This document shows, piece by piece, positions 31,187-41,769 of a stretch of DNA of 64,000 nt (its first letter is position 1; every line of letters starts with the position of its first letter). A model generated the notes under the pieces. That model had not been told where the DNA came from, did not search any database, and saw only the letters and a list, made by a program, of their open reading frames with translations. The stretch covers positions 224,001 to 288,000 of the forward strand of contig OZ243916.1 in the NCBI GenBank assembly GCA_965213675.1, written 5' to 3'. The translations under genes and the position numbers were made by a program. Origin of the DNA: an uncultured Candidatus Binatia bacterium. Lineage in GTDB: Bacteria; Desulfobacterota; Binatia; UBA9968; JAJDTQ01.

Positions 31187-32956
31187 ATGGCAGAGGCCAG
31201 CAGGACGGAGAAGAAACAAGCCGAGTACGGATCCGACGTGGTCGTCGACATGCTCAAGGCGTTCGACATCGAGTACACCGCGTTCAACCCTGGGGCGAGT
31301 TTTCGCGGCATCCACGATTCCATCGTCAACTACGGCGGCAACCATCACCCCGAGGTGATCTTCTGCTGTCACGAAGAGATCTCGGTGGCCATTTCCCACG
31401 GCTACGCCAAGGCCACGGGCAAGCCCATGGTGGCCATCCTGCACGACGTGGTGGGACTCCAGCACGGCAGCATGGGCATATTCAACGCTTGGTGCGACCG
31501 GGTGCCGGTCATCTGCCTGGGCGGCACCGGCCCGGTGGACACCACCATCCGGCGCCCGTGGATCGACTGGATCCACACCGCGCTGACCCAAGGCAACCAG
31601 GTGCGCGATTACACCAAGTGGGACGATCAGCCGGCCACGCTGGAGAGCATCCCCGAGTCGTTCATCCGCGGCTATCGCCTGGCGGTCACCGAGCCCACCG
31701 CGCCGGTGTACATCAACTACGACGCCGGCCTGCAGGAAATGGCCATGTCCAAGCAGATCGAGATCCCGGACGTGAGCCGGTTCGCGCCCCAGGCGCCGGT
31801 GCAGGGACACCCGGACGCCATGCGCCGGGCGGCGGAGCTGCTGGCGGGGGCCAAGGCGCCGCTCATCATCGCCGACTTCATGGGGCGCAAGCCCGCCGCG
31901 GTGGCGGCCCTCGCGGAGCTGGCGGAACTCCTGGCGATCCCGGTCATCGACAAGGGCAACCGCCACAATATCGCCAACACGCATCCGCTGGACGTGACCA
32001 ACGCCTCCGGCGAATTCCTGAAGAAGGCGGACGTGATACTCGCCCTGGACGTGCAGGACCTCTACGGCTCCCTCACCACGGTGGACCGCACCACCCGCGA
32101 GATGGGCTACGTGATCCAGCCCGGCGCGCAGATCATTCACATCAACCTGAACGACATGCTGGTGCACAGTTGGGCCACCGACGTCCAGCCGCTTCAGCCG
32201 GTGGACGTGCCCATCAGCGCGGACACGGCCGTGGCCCTGCCCGAGTTGACGCGCCTGTGCCGCGAACGGATGGGCTCGGACCGATCCGCGGTCGAGGCGC
32301 GCGCCCGGGAAGTGAAGGCGGCGCACGACGCGTCCCGCGCCCGCTGGCAGGAGGAGGCGCGCCAGACGCTGACCCGCAACGAAATCTCCACGGCCTGCCT
32401 GGCCTACGAGCTGGGCGAGGCGGTCAAGCGGGAGGACTGGGTGCTGGCCAACGGCAACGCCAACGGCTGGGCGCGGAAACTCTGGGACTGGAACAAACCG
32501 GGCCAGTACCTGGGGCGCAGCGGCGGCGCCGGCGTGGGCTACGGCATGAGCGCGGCCATCGGCGTGGCCCTGGGCCACTTGAACACGGACAAGTTTTGCG
32601 TGGACATCCAGTCCGACGGCGACCTGCTGATGACGGCCAGCGCCTTGTGGACGGCGGCGCATCACAAGATCCCGCTGCTCATCGTCATCCACAACAACCA
32701 GTCCTTCTACAACTCGGAGGAGCACGGCATCAAGCTGGCGGAATTCCGCAACCGCCCGGTGGAGAACGCCGGCATCGGCACTCACGTCAGCGATCCCTAC
32801 GTGGACTACGCCAAGATGGCCGAGTGCTACGGCGTGTGGGGCGAGGGCCCCATCCGCACGCCCGCGGAGTTGGGCCCCGCGCTGGAGCGGGCCTGCAAGG
32901 TGGTGAAGGAGCAACGGCTTCCGGCCGTCCTGGATGTGGTTTCCGAGCCGCGTTGA
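31187..32956 (+). CDS. thiamine pyrophosphate-binding enzyme (acetolactate synthase/benzoylformate decarboxylase-like)
   Basis: NPGASFRGIHDS, HEEI.V..SHGYAK, SDGDLLM...NN TPP motif. Confidence 0.9.
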   Translation: MAEASRTEKKQAEYGSDVVVDMLKAFDIEYTAFNPGASFRGIHDSIVNYGGNHHPEVIFCCHEEISVAISHGYAKATGKPMVAILHDVVGLQHGSMGIFNAWCDRVPVICLGGTGPVDTTIRRPWIDWIHTALTQGNQVRDYTKWDDQPATLESIPESFIRGYRLAVTEPTAPVYINYDAGLQEMAMSKQIEIPDVSRFAPQAPVQGHPDAMRRAAELLAGAKAPLIIADFMGRKPAAVAALAELAELLAIPVIDKGNRHNIANTHPLDVTNASGEFLKKADVILALDVQDLYGSLTTVDRTTREMGYVIQPGAQIIHINLNDMLVHSWATDVQPLQPVDVPISADTAVALPELTRLCRERMGSDRSAVEARAREVKAAHDASRARWQEEARQTLTRNEISTACLAYELGEAVKREDWVLANGNANGWARKLWDWNKPGQYLGRSGGAGVGYGMSAAIGVALGHLNTDKFCVDIQSDGDLLMTASALWTAAHHKIPLLIVIHNNQSFYNSEEHGIKLAEFRNRPVENAGIGTHVSDPYVDYAKMAECYGVWGEGPIRTPAELGPALERACKVVKEQRLPAVLDVVSEPR

Positions 32957-32970
32957 TCGGGTTGGGGTCG

Positions 32971-33006
32971 GGGGCTCACCGGACCGCGGGAGTTCCGGTG
33001 AGCCCC
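32971..33006. other. 13-bp stem hairpin after the TPP gene
   Basis: GGGGCTCACCGGA...TCCGGTGAGCCCC; no U-tract. Confidence 0.5.
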
Positions 33007-33050
33007 GGCGCGGCGGAGACGGTCGTCGAGTACAGACGCCGGAGGTAGTT

Positions 33051-33866
33051 ATGGACGAGAGCGCTCAGTACCAGGCTTTCGCCGAGGCGGTGTCCGGGCC
33101 CGACATGGACCTGGCTCGGGCGGCCTTGACCATGGCGCTGCCTGAATATCCCGGTCTCGACGTGCCTGAGCACATGAGCCGCCTGGACCGGTTGGCGGCG
33201 CGGGTGCGGGAGGCGGCCGGCACGGACGACAGCGCTTACCGCCGGCTGGCGTGCGTGGACTATGTGCTTTTCAAGCGGGAAGGTTTCAAGGGCAACGAGG
33301 ACGACTACTACGACCCCGAGAACAGCTTTCTGAACAGGGTCATGGCGCGCAAGCGCGGCATCCCCATTACCCTTGCCGTAGTCTATATGGAAGTCGCCCG
33401 GCGCGTCGGGCTGGAAGTCGACGGCGTGGGTTTCCCCGGACACTTTCTCGTGAAGGCGCGCTGCGACGGCCAGGATCTCCTGGTGGATCCCTTCCATGGC
33501 GGCGACATCCTTTCCCCTGCCGATCTTCAGAATCTTCTCGACAAACTCTACGGTGGCCGGCTGCAAGTCCAGCCGGGATACCTGTCGGCGGTGCCCGCCC
33601 GTCACATCGTCCAGCGCATGCTCAACAATCTCAAGCTCGTTTACGCCAATCGGCAGGACTTGAAGCGCTGCCTTCGCGCGGTGGAGCAACTGGTGATCCT
33701 CAACCCGGACGACGCCGAGCAGGTGCGCGACCGCGGCCTGCTGCGCCTGCGCCTGCGGGACGGCGACGGCGCGCTGACCGATCTGGAGCGCTTCCTGGAA
33801 TTGGCGCCGGACTCGGGCAGCGCGGCGACGGTCCGCGAACAGATCGAACGCATCCGCAAACACTGA
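33051..33866 (+). CDS. SirB1/YchA family transglutaminase-like protein with TPR
   Basis: F.GN..DYYDPENSFLN.V..RKRGIPITL, FPGHFLV, RDRGL. Confidence 0.88.
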   Translation: MDESAQYQAFAEAVSGPDMDLARAALTMALPEYPGLDVPEHMSRLDRLAARVREAAGTDDSAYRRLACVDYVLFKREGFKGNEDDYYDPENSFLNRVMARKRGIPITLAVVYMEVARRVGLEVDGVGFPGHFLVKARCDGQDLLVDPFHGGDILSPADLQNLLDKLYGGRLQVQPGYLSAVPARHIVQRMLNNLKLVYANRQDLKRCLRAVEQLVILNPDDAEQVRDRGLLRLRLRDGDGALTDLERFLELAPDSGSAATVREQIERIRKH

Positions 33867-34054
33867 CGTCGGATTCTGGTTGACGGCGCATGCGCCGCGA
33901 TCCGTGGCTCCCCTGACTTGAACAGATTGATAACAAACAAAGATTAAAGTTATACACATGGTGTGCGCGGCACCCGGTGGAACTTCGTGAACCATCAATG
34001 AACTAAATCGCTGGAGCGCGCGTGACGATCTCCGGCGGAAGAAGGTAAACGACC

Positions 34055-37000
34055 ATGGCCGTCATCATCACGATTCTGCGCCGAGCCTGGGCGAATCATT
34101 CCCTGTTCGGATCGGTTATACGTGCAGCCTTTCCGTTCCTGTTCCTGTGCATCCTCACCGGGATGGCGTCCGAGGCCGCTGGACAAACCCGCACCATCGG
34201 CTTTGCGGCCACCGCATTGACGATATCGGAGACGACGTCCGGAGGCGCCGGTAATCTGACCGTCGAGCTTTCTTCGGGTACGGGCCCGGTCACCGGCCGG
34301 GTCTGCCTGGAGGACGGCACCGCAACCCTGGCGGGCGCCGACTTTTCGGGGTGGCCGGGCAGCGACCAAAGGTGTACGGACCTCACCCTGTCCGCGTCGC
34401 AGTCGAGCGCAACCGTCCAGGTGAGCCTGCCGGCCGACACTACGGACGAGCCGCCGGAGACCTTCACGGCGAGGCTGTCGCTCCCGACGACGGTTCCGGG
34501 CATCGATGTGGATTCGGCCAGGGAAACGGCGACGATCACCATCGACGACGATGATCCCACGGTGGTGACCTTGGCCCGCCACGCCAGCTCACAGGTCAGT
34601 GGAGGGGCCATTGCGGAGGGCAAGGGCGCGGCGTGGTTCGATGTTACCCTGGGCCGCGCTCTGACAGCCGGCGAGCGTATCGACGTACCGCTTGTCATCA
34701 GCGGCGCGGGCATCACAACCAGTGACTATTCTCTTGGGAGGCCACGCCCTCTCAGGAATGTCCCGGGTCTGAATACGCTGACTCCGGTCGTTCCATTCAC
34801 AGGCGCCGGCGCCAGGACCGCCCGGTTCACGTCTCTCCAAGCGAGGGCGGACGGCATCGCCGAAGGCGGCAGCGAGACCATGACCGTGGCGCTCGCCGCC
34901 AACTCGCGATTCGACGACGCCAGCCTCGGAACGAATGTCGGAGGCGGCGCCGTTCCACACCCCACGACGAACCGCTTCAGCGTGGCCATTCTGGACGTGG
35001 TGTCCACCATCAGTGTCACCGGCGGGCCTGCCATCACCGAGGGCGGTACCGCGGAGTTCACGTTTACGGCGAATCCGGCGCCCAGGGCGGCTCTGGAAGT
35101 GCTTTTTCTTGTCTACACCTCTGGCGATCAAGAGTGGTTGAGTTCCGCGGCTCCGACAAGGGTCATCTTTCCGGCCGGCAAGACCACGGCAATTCTTGCC
35201 GTGCCCACCCTTGATACGGCTGTCGAGGACGGACACGGCTCCCTGAACTTGTTTATGCGGGATCCAGGGGGATGGGCGCCTTACCGTCTCTCTCGCGGCA
35301 GAAGTGATGACACGGTGTCGGTCAGGGACGATGAAACGCCGCCGGTCGTGGGCATCACGGCGGGGCCCGCGGTGAGCGAGGGGACCGCGGCTACGTTCAC
35401 GGTGGCGGCGGATTACCCCCCCAAAGAGGATGTCGTGGTGAATCTGATGGTTGTGCAGAGCAGCGTCCTCGACGCCGGAGAAGCGGGTGACACGACGCTG
35501 ACCATCGCGGCGGGCGCGACTTCCGCCACCTTGTCGGTGGCCACCGAAGACGACACCGCGTTGGAAACCGAAAGGTCCGTGACCGTGAGGCTCAAGCCGG
35601 GCACCGGCTACACGGTGTCGCCTACACGTGGATCGGCGGCGGTTTCCGTCGATGATGATGAGGTGCCTCCGCCGACGCCGGTGGTGAGGATCAGCGGAGG
35701 CTCGGGGGTGAGCGAGGGAGGCGATGCGACATTCACGTTGACGGCGACCCCGACACCGGCCGCGGCGTTGTCCGTACCGGTAACAGTGAGTCAGACGGGG
35801 ACATATGCGGCGTCGGGGCAGTTGGGGACACGGACGGTGACGGTGGGGACTGGGGGGAGCGCGAGTTTCACGGTGGGGACGGAGAACGACGCGGAGGATG
35901 AGAACAACGGAGGGATCACGGCGACGGTGAACGATGGGACGGGGTACAACGTGGCGTTGCCACCCGGGAACACGGCGACGGTGGCGGTGCGGGACGACGA
36001 CGAGGCGCCGACGCCGGTGGTGAGGATCAGCGGAGGCTCGGGGGTGAGCGAGGGAGGCGATGCGACATTCACGTTGACGGCGACGCCGGCGCCTGCCGCG
36101 GCGTTGTCCGTGCCGGTAACGGTGAGTCAGACAGGTTCTTATGCGGCGTCGGGGCAGTTGGGGACACGGACGGTGACGGTGGGGACTGGGGGGAGCGCGA
36201 GTTTCACGGTGGGGACGGAGAACGACGCGGAGGATGAGAACAACGGAGGGATCACGGCGACGGTGAACGATGGGACGGGGTACGACGTGGCGTCGCCACC
36301 GGGGAACACGGCGACGGTGGCGGTGAATGACGACGACGAGGCGCCAACGCCGGTGGTGAGGATCAGCGGAGGCGCCGGGGTGAGCGAGGGAGGCAACGCG
36401 ACATTCACGTTGACGGCGACGCCGGCGCCTGCCGCGGCGTTGTCGGTGCGGGTAGCAGTGAGCCAGACGGGGACTTATGCGGCGTCGGGGCAGTTGGGGA
36501 CGCGGACGGTGACAGTGGGGACTGGGGGGAGCGCGAGTTTCACGGTGGGTACGGAGAACGACGCGGAGGATGAGAACAACGGAGGGATCACGGCGACGGT
36601 GAACGATGGGACGGGGTACGACGTGGCGTCGCCACCGGGGAACACGGCGACGGTGGCGGTGAATGACGACGACGAGGCGCCGACGCCGGTGGTGAGGATC
36701 AGCGGAGGCTCGGGGGTGAGCGAGGGAGGCGATGCGACATTCACGTTGACGGCGACGCCGGCGCCGACCGCGGCGTTGTCCGTACCGGTAACAGTGAGCC
36801 AGACGGGGACTTATGCGGCGTCGGGGGAGTTGGGGACACGGACGGTGACGGTGGGGACAGGGGGGAGCGCGAGTTTCACGGTGGGTACGGAGAACGACGC
36901 GGTGGATGAGAACAACGGTGGAGTCACGGCGACGGTGAACGATGGGACGGGGTACGACGTGGCGTCGCCACCGGGGAACACGGCGACGGTGGCGGTGAAT

Positions 37001-40000
37001 GACGACGACGAGGCGCCGACGCCGGTGGTGAGGATCAGCGGAGGCTCAGGGGTGAGCGAGGGAGGCAACGCGACATTCACATTGACGGTGTCACCGTCGC
37101 CTGCCGCGGCGTTGTCGGTGCGGGTAACGGTGAGTCAGACGGGTTCCTATGCGGCGTCGGGGGAGTTGGGGGCACGGACGGTGACGGTGGGGACTGGGGG
37201 GAGCGCGAGTTTCACGGTGGGTACGGAGAACGACGCGGTGGATGAGAACAACGGTGGAGTCACGGCGACGGTGAACGACGGGACCGGTTACGACGTGGCG
37301 TCGCCACCCGGGAACACGGCGACGGTGGCGGTGAATGATGATGACGAGGCGCCGGCGTCGGCGCCGGTGGTGAGGGTCAGCGGGGGCTCAGGGGTGAGCG
37401 AGGGAGGCGACGCGACATTCACGTTGACGGCGTCACCGGCTCCTGCCGCGGCGTTGTCGGTGCGGGTAACAGTGAGTCAGACGGGTTCCTATGCGGCGTC
37501 GGGGGAGTTGGGGGCACGGACGGTGACGGTGGGGACTGGGGGGAGCGCGAGTTTCACGGTGGGTACGGAGAACGACGCGGTGGATGAGAACAACGGTGGA
37601 GTCACGGCGACGGTGAACGATGGGACGGGATACGACGTGGCGTCGCCACCGGCCAACGCGGCGACGGTGGCGGTGAATGACGATGATGAGGCGCCGGCGT
37701 CGGCGCCGGTGGTGAGCATCAGCGGGGGTGCAGGGGTGAGCGAAGGGGGCGACGCGACATTCACGTTGACGGCGTCTCCGGCTCCGGCTACGGCGTTGTC
37801 CGTACCGGTAACAGTGAGCCAGACGGGGACCTATGCGGCGTCGGGGCAGTTGGGGGCACGGACGGTGACGGTGGGGACCGGGGGGAGCGCGAGTTTCACG
37901 GTGGGTACGGAGAACGACGCGGTGGATGAGAACAACGGAGGGATCACGGCGACGGTGAACGATGGGACGGGGTACGCAGTGGCGTCGCCACCGGGGAACA
38001 CGGCGACGGTGGCGGTGAATGACGATGACGAGGCGCCGGCGCCGGTGGTGAGCATCAGCGGGGGCGCCGGGGTGAGCGAAGGGAGCAACGCGACGTTCAC
38101 GTTGACGGCGTCTCCGGCACCGGCTACGGCGTTGTCGGTGCCGGTAGCAGTGAGCCAGACGGGGACTTATGCGGCGTCGGGGGCGTTGGGGACACGGACG
38201 GTGACGGTGGGGACCGGGGGGAGCGCGAGTTTCACGGTGGGGACGGAGAACGACGCGGAGGATGAGAACAACGGAGGGATCACGGCGACGGTGAATGATG
38301 GGACGGGGTACGACGTGGCGTCGCCACCGGGGAACACGGCGACGGTGGCGGTGAATGACGACGACGAGGCGCCAACGCCGGTGGTGAGGATCAGCGGAGG
38401 CGCCGGGGTGAGCGAGGGAGGCAACGCGACATTCACGTTGACGGCGTCTCCGGCTCCTGCCGCGGCGTTGTCGGTGCGGGTAGCAGTGAGCCAGACGGGG
38501 ACTTATGCGGCGTCAGGGGCGTTGGGGACACGGACGGTGACAGTGGGGACAGGGGGACGGGCGAGTTTCACGGTGGGTACGGAGAACGACGCGGTGGATG
38601 AGAACAACGGAGGGATCACGGCGACGGTCAACGACGGGACTGGCTACGATGTGGCATCGCCACCAGCCAACACCGCGACCGTGGCGGTGAGCGACGATGA
38701 CGAGCCAACGCCGGTGGTGAGCATCAGCGGGGGCTCCGGGGTGAGCGAAGGGAGCAACGCGACGTTCACGTTGACGGCGTCTCCGGCTCCGGCCACGGCG
38801 TTGTCGGTGCGGGTAACGGTGAGTCAGACAGGTTCTTATGCGGCGCCAGGGGAGTTGGGGAGGCGGACGGTGACGGTGGGGACAGGGGGTCGGGCGAGTT
38901 TCACAGTGGGAACGGAGAACGACGCTGTGAATGAGAACAACGGGGCAATCACGGCGACGGTCAACGACGGGACGGGCTACGACGTGGCGCCCCCGCCGGG
39001 AAACGCGGCGGACGTGGCGGCAAACGACGATGACAGCCCTGCGGCAGCGCCGGAGGTAACGTTGTCGGCGGGGCCGAATCCGGTGGATGAAGGGGGCTCG
39101 GTGGTAGTGACGGCGACGCTGAGCCGGGCGTTGTCGAGCGCGGTTACGATCCCGTTGGTGATGACGGCGGGGACGGCGGAGTCCGGGGACTATGGGAGTC
39201 TGGCGTCGATCACGGTGGCGGCGGGAGCGACGAGGGGGACGGGGACGGTGACGACGATGCAGGATGTGGACACGGCTGACGAGACGTTCACGGTGGCGCT
39301 GGGGCGGTTGCCCGCGGGCGTGGAGTCCGGGACGCCATCGTCGGTGGAAGTGCGGATCACGGACGATGACGAAGAGGCGCCGGAGGTAACGTTGTCGGCG
39401 GGGCCGAATCCGGTGGAAGAGGGGGGCTCGGTGGTAGTGACGGCGACGCTGAGCCGGGCGTTGTCGAGCGCGGTGACGATCCCGTTGATGATGACGGCGG
39501 GGACGGCGGAGTCCGGGGACTACGGGAGTCTGGCGTCGATCACGGTGGCGGCGGGAGCGACGAGGGGGACGGGGACGGTGACGACGATGCAGGATGCGGA
39601 CACGGCTGACGAGACGTTCACGGTGGCGCTGGGGCGGTTGCCCGCGGGCATGGAGGCGGGCACGCCATCGTCGGTGGAAGTGCGGATCACGGACGACGAC
39701 ACCCCGCCGGCGCAGACTCACGTGACGTTGTCGGCGGCGCCGCGCCAGGTCGGCGAGGGCGGGTCGGTGAGTTACACGGTGGTGTTGCCGGCGCGGCCTT
39801 CCGCTGTGGTGACGGTGATGCCTTCGAGCACGGACGAGGAGGCGGTCGTGGTGCGCCCATCGTCGTTGCGCTTTACACCGGATGACTGGAACCTGCCGCA
39901 ACCCGTGATTGTGACCGGGGTGGTGGACGCCGACGCCGAAGACGAGACCGTGGAGATCTCACACGCCGTGCACAGCACGGACCCGCGCTACCGGGGAGTG

Positions 40001-41749
40001 CAGGGCGGTACCGTGGTGTTGACGGTCTCCGACACCACTGGACCGGAGTTCGTAAACGCGCGCTTTGCGTTTACGTTGGCGGAGCACTTGGTGGGTCCGG
40101 CGCCGGTGCGCGACGCCGGGGGCCGCCCCGGGGCGGTGCGGGCAATGGGTTCGGGGCTGACCTATACGCTGGCGGCCGGGGGCGCCGGGCTTTTTCGGGT
40201 GGATGAGGACACGGGCGTGGTGAGCTATGTCGGGCCGGGAGAGTTGACGGGTCGTTTCGTGTTGACGGTGCGGGCAACCGATGCGCGGGGACGCACGGCC
40301 GAGACGCAGGCGAGCGTCGACGTGATCGCTCCGGCGGTGGTCCAACGATTGAACCGGGTGCATCGGAGTGTGCTCCCGGAGGCGGCCCGAGCGGCGTCCG
40401 GGAGCGTGTTTGCGGCCGTGAGCGGGCGCGTCGAGGCGGCGGCGCGGGCCGGGTCGCCGCGACTGTGGCTTGCCGGTCACGAGGTGCGCGCGGCTAGGGG
40501 TGAACCCGTGGAGGGCGCGTGCGTGGAGCGCGAGAGCCTTCCGGGAACGGTCGCGGAAGCGGCCGGGCCGGTATGCCGGGGGGTGGCGTTGACGTTGGCC
40601 CGGGCGGCGGCGGACAGCGGGTTCGTGCTGCCGCTTGCGCGGGCCGGTGCGACTCCGGGCCGTGGCCTTTCGCCGGTGTTGTGGGGCATGGGGGACTGGC
40701 GCTCGCTTGAAGGCGGCGCTGGACCTGGCTGGGATGGCGAGGTTATGAGCTTCCATCTTGGGGCGGATACGCGCCTGGGCGAGAGCTTGGTGGCGGGGGT
40801 GGCGTTGTCCCACGCGCTTGGAGAATTCGATTGGAACGATCGCGGCGTGGCGGGGACCTACGAGAGCCGCATGACCAGCGCGATGCCCTATGTGGGTTGG
40901 ACGGGGCCCACGGGTTGGACGGCGTGGGCGGCGGCGGGTGTGGGCCGGGGAGAGGTGGCGCTCGAAGACGCGGCCGCGGCCCGGCGTGTGAGTGACGCGG
41001 TTTCGTGGAGCGCGGGCGGCGGGGCCCGGGGCGGTATTTGGGCCCGGGGCGGGACGTCCCTGGACGTCAAGGGGGAAGCCTGGGTTGCGCGCTGGGACGC
41101 GGACGGTTCGGGTCCGCTGAAGCCGTGGGAGCCGGTGGTGCGGCGCGTGCGACTGGCGCTGGAGGGAGGGCGTTCGTGGCTGCTGGCATCCGGGGCGGTG
41201 GTGGAGCCGTCGCTGGAGTTGGGGGTGCGTCACGACGGTGGCGACGGCGAGACCGGCACCGGGGTGGAATTGGGCGGGCGCGTGAACTGGAGCGACCCGG
41301 CGCTGGGCCTGACGCTTCAGGGACATGGGCGCGCGCTGGTGGGTCGCGGGGGTTATCGGGAGTGGGGCGCCGGAGGGGTGGCGCGGTTCGACCCCGGGAC
41401 CGACGGGCGCGGTCCGTCGCTGGCGGTGACGCCGTCCTGGGGCACGGCCTCCAGCGGCATGGAGCGGCTTTGGGATGACGGTGCGTCACGGCTGGCGGTG
41501 GCGAAGAAAGGCCGCGGTCGTCTCACCGCGGCTCTGGGTTATGGGTACGCGGCGCCTTGGGGTCCAGGCACGGTGACCCCGAATGCCGGGTTGTCGTTGG
41601 GCGCCGCGCAGGCGCGAAAGTGGCACGCGGGGGTGCGCTTGAACGCCGGCTCGGAGCTGGATGCGAATCTCGAAATGATGTGGCGTGAGCGCGCTGGAAA
41701 CGAAACGCCCGAGCGCGGCGTCGCGTTCGATGTGCGCCTGAGCTTCTGA
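34055..41749 (+). CDS. giant surface protein/adhesin: Calx-beta/cadherin-like repeats plus autotransporter-like C-terminal beta-barrel
   Basis: Signal peptide; repeated ..EG..ATFT..V.DDD modules; C-terminal amphipathic strands ending in RLSF. Confidence 0.85.
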   Translation: MAVIITILRRAWANHSLFGSVIRAAFPFLFLCILTGMASEAAGQTRTIGFAATALTISETTSGGAGNLTVELSSGTGPVTGRVCLEDGTATLAGADFSGWPGSDQRCTDLTLSASQSSATVQVSLPADTTDEPPETFTARLSLPTTVPGIDVDSARETATITIDDDDPTVVTLARHASSQVSGGAIAEGKGAAWFDVTLGRALTAGERIDVPLVISGAGITTSDYSLGRPRPLRNVPGLNTLTPVVPFTGAGARTARFTSLQARADGIAEGGSETMTVALAANSRFDDASLGTNVGGGAVPHPTTNRFSVAILDVVSTISVTGGPAITEGGTAEFTFTANPAPRAALEVLFLVYTSGDQEWLSSAAPTRVIFPAGKTTAILAVPTLDTAVEDGHGSLNLFMRDPGGWAPYRLSRGRSDDTVSVRDDETPPVVGITAGPAVSEGTAATFTVAADYPPKEDVVVNLMVVQSSVLDAGEAGDTTLTIAAGATSATLSVATEDDTALETERSVTVRLKPGTGYTVSPTRGSAAVSVDDDEVPPPTPVVRISGGSGVSEGGDATFTLTATPTPAAALSVPVTVSQTGTYAASGQLGTRTVTVGTGGSASFTVGTENDAEDENNGGITATVNDGTGYNVALPPGNTATVAVRDDDEAPTPVVRISGGSGVSEGGDATFTLTATPAPAAALSVPVTVSQTGSYAASGQLGTRTVTVGTGGSASFTVGTENDAEDENNGGITATVNDGTGYDVASPPGNTATVAVNDDDEAPTPVVRISGGAGVSEGGNATFTLTATPAPAAALSVRVAVSQTGTYAASGQLGTRTVTVGTGGSASFTVGTENDAEDENNGGITATVNDGTGYDVASPPGNTATVAVNDDDEAPTPVVRISGGSGVSEGGDATFTLTATPAPTAALSVPVTVSQTGTYAASGELGTRTVTVGTGGSASFTVGTENDAVDENNGGVTATVNDGTGYDVASPPGNTATVAVNDDDEAPTPVVRISGGSGVSEGGNATFTLTVSPSPAAALSVRVTVSQTGSYAASGELGARTVTVGTGGSASFTVGTENDAVDENNGGVTATVNDGTGYDVASPPGNTATVAVNDDDEAPASAPVVRVSGGSGVSEGGDATFTLTASPAPAAALSVRVTVSQTGSYAASGELGARTVTVGTGGSASFTVGTENDAVDENNGGVTATVNDGTGYDVASPPANAATVAVNDDDEAPASAPVVSISGGAGVSEGGDATFTLTASPAPATALSVPVTVSQTGTYAASGQLGARTVTVGTGGSASFTVGTENDAVDENNGGITATVNDGTGYAVASPPGNTATVAVNDDDEAPAPVVSISGGAGVSEGSNATFTLTASPAPATALSVPVAVSQTGTYAASGALGTRTVTVGTGGSASFTVGTENDAEDENNGGITATVNDGTGYDVASPPGNTATVAVNDDDEAPTPVVRISGGAGVSEGGNATFTLTASPAPAAALSVRVAVSQTGTYAASGALGTRTVTVGTGGRASFTVGTENDAVDENNGGITATVNDGTGYDVASPPANTATVAVSDDDEPTPVVSISGGSGVSEGSNATFTLTASPAPATALSVRVTVSQTGSYAAPGELGRRTVTVGTGGRASFTVGTENDAVNENNGAITATVNDGTGYDVAPPPGNAADVAANDDDSPAAAPEVTLSAGPNPVDEGGSVVVTATLSRALSSAVTIPLVMTAGTAESGDYGSLASITVAAGATRGTGTVTTMQDVDTADETFTVALGRLPAGVESGTPSSVEVRITDDDEEAPEVTLSAGPNPVEEGGSVVVTATLSRALSSAVTIPLMMTAGTAESGDYGSLASITVAAGATRGTGTVTTMQDADTADETFTVALGRLPAGMEAGTPSSVEVRITDDDTPPAQTHVTLSAAPRQVGEGGSVSYTVVLPARPSAVVTVMPSSTDEEAVVVRPSSLRFTPDDWNLPQPVIVTGVVDADAEDETVEISHAVHSTDPRYRGVQGGTVVLTVSDTTGPEFVNARFAFTLAEHLVGPAPVRDAGGRPGAVRAMGSGLTYTLAAGGAGLFRVDEDTGVVSYVGPGELTGRFVLTVRATDARGRTAETQASVDVIAPAVVQRLNRVHRSVLPEAARAASGSVFAAVSGRVEAAARAGSPRLWLAGHEVRAARGEPVEGACVERESLPGTVAEAAGPVCRGVALTLARAAADSGFVLPLARAGATPGRGLSPVLWGMGDWRSLEGGAGPGWDGEVMSFHLGADTRLGESLVAGVALSHALGEFDWNDRGVAGTYESRMTSAMPYVGWTGPTGWTAWAAAGVGRGEVALEDAAAARRVSDAVSWSAGGGARGGIWARGGTSLDVKGEAWVARWDADGSGPLKPWEPVVRRVRLALEGGRSWLLASGAVVEPSLELGVRHDGGDGETGTGVELGGRVNWSDPALGLTLQGHGRALVGRGGYREWGAGGVARFDPGTDGRGPSLAVTPSWGTASSGMERLWDDGASRLAVAKKGRGRLTAALGYGYAAPWGPGTVTPNAGLSLGAAQARKWHAGVRLNAGSELDANLEMMWRERAGNETPERGVAFDVRLSF
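35672..39040 (+). repeat. 10 tandem intragenic repeats of about 336 bp (112-114 aa)
   Basis: Units start at 35672, 36008, 36344, 36680, 37016 and onward; highly similar at DNA level. Confidence 0.95.
39047..39700 (+). repeat. 2 tandem 330-bp (110 aa) repeats of a second module type
   Basis: APEVTLSAGPNPV.EGGSVVV... at 39047 and 39377. Confidence 0.93.
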
Positions 41750-41769
41750 GCGGGATCCGGGAGGCAGTG

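Noticed and set aside
35791-38436. Series of ~90-aa minus-strand ORFs
   Set aside because: Antisense shadows of the adhesin repeats.
35672-39700. Diversity-generating retroelement template/variable repeats
   Set aside because: Repeats are tandem in-frame domains, differences are not adenine-specific, and no reverse transcriptase is present.
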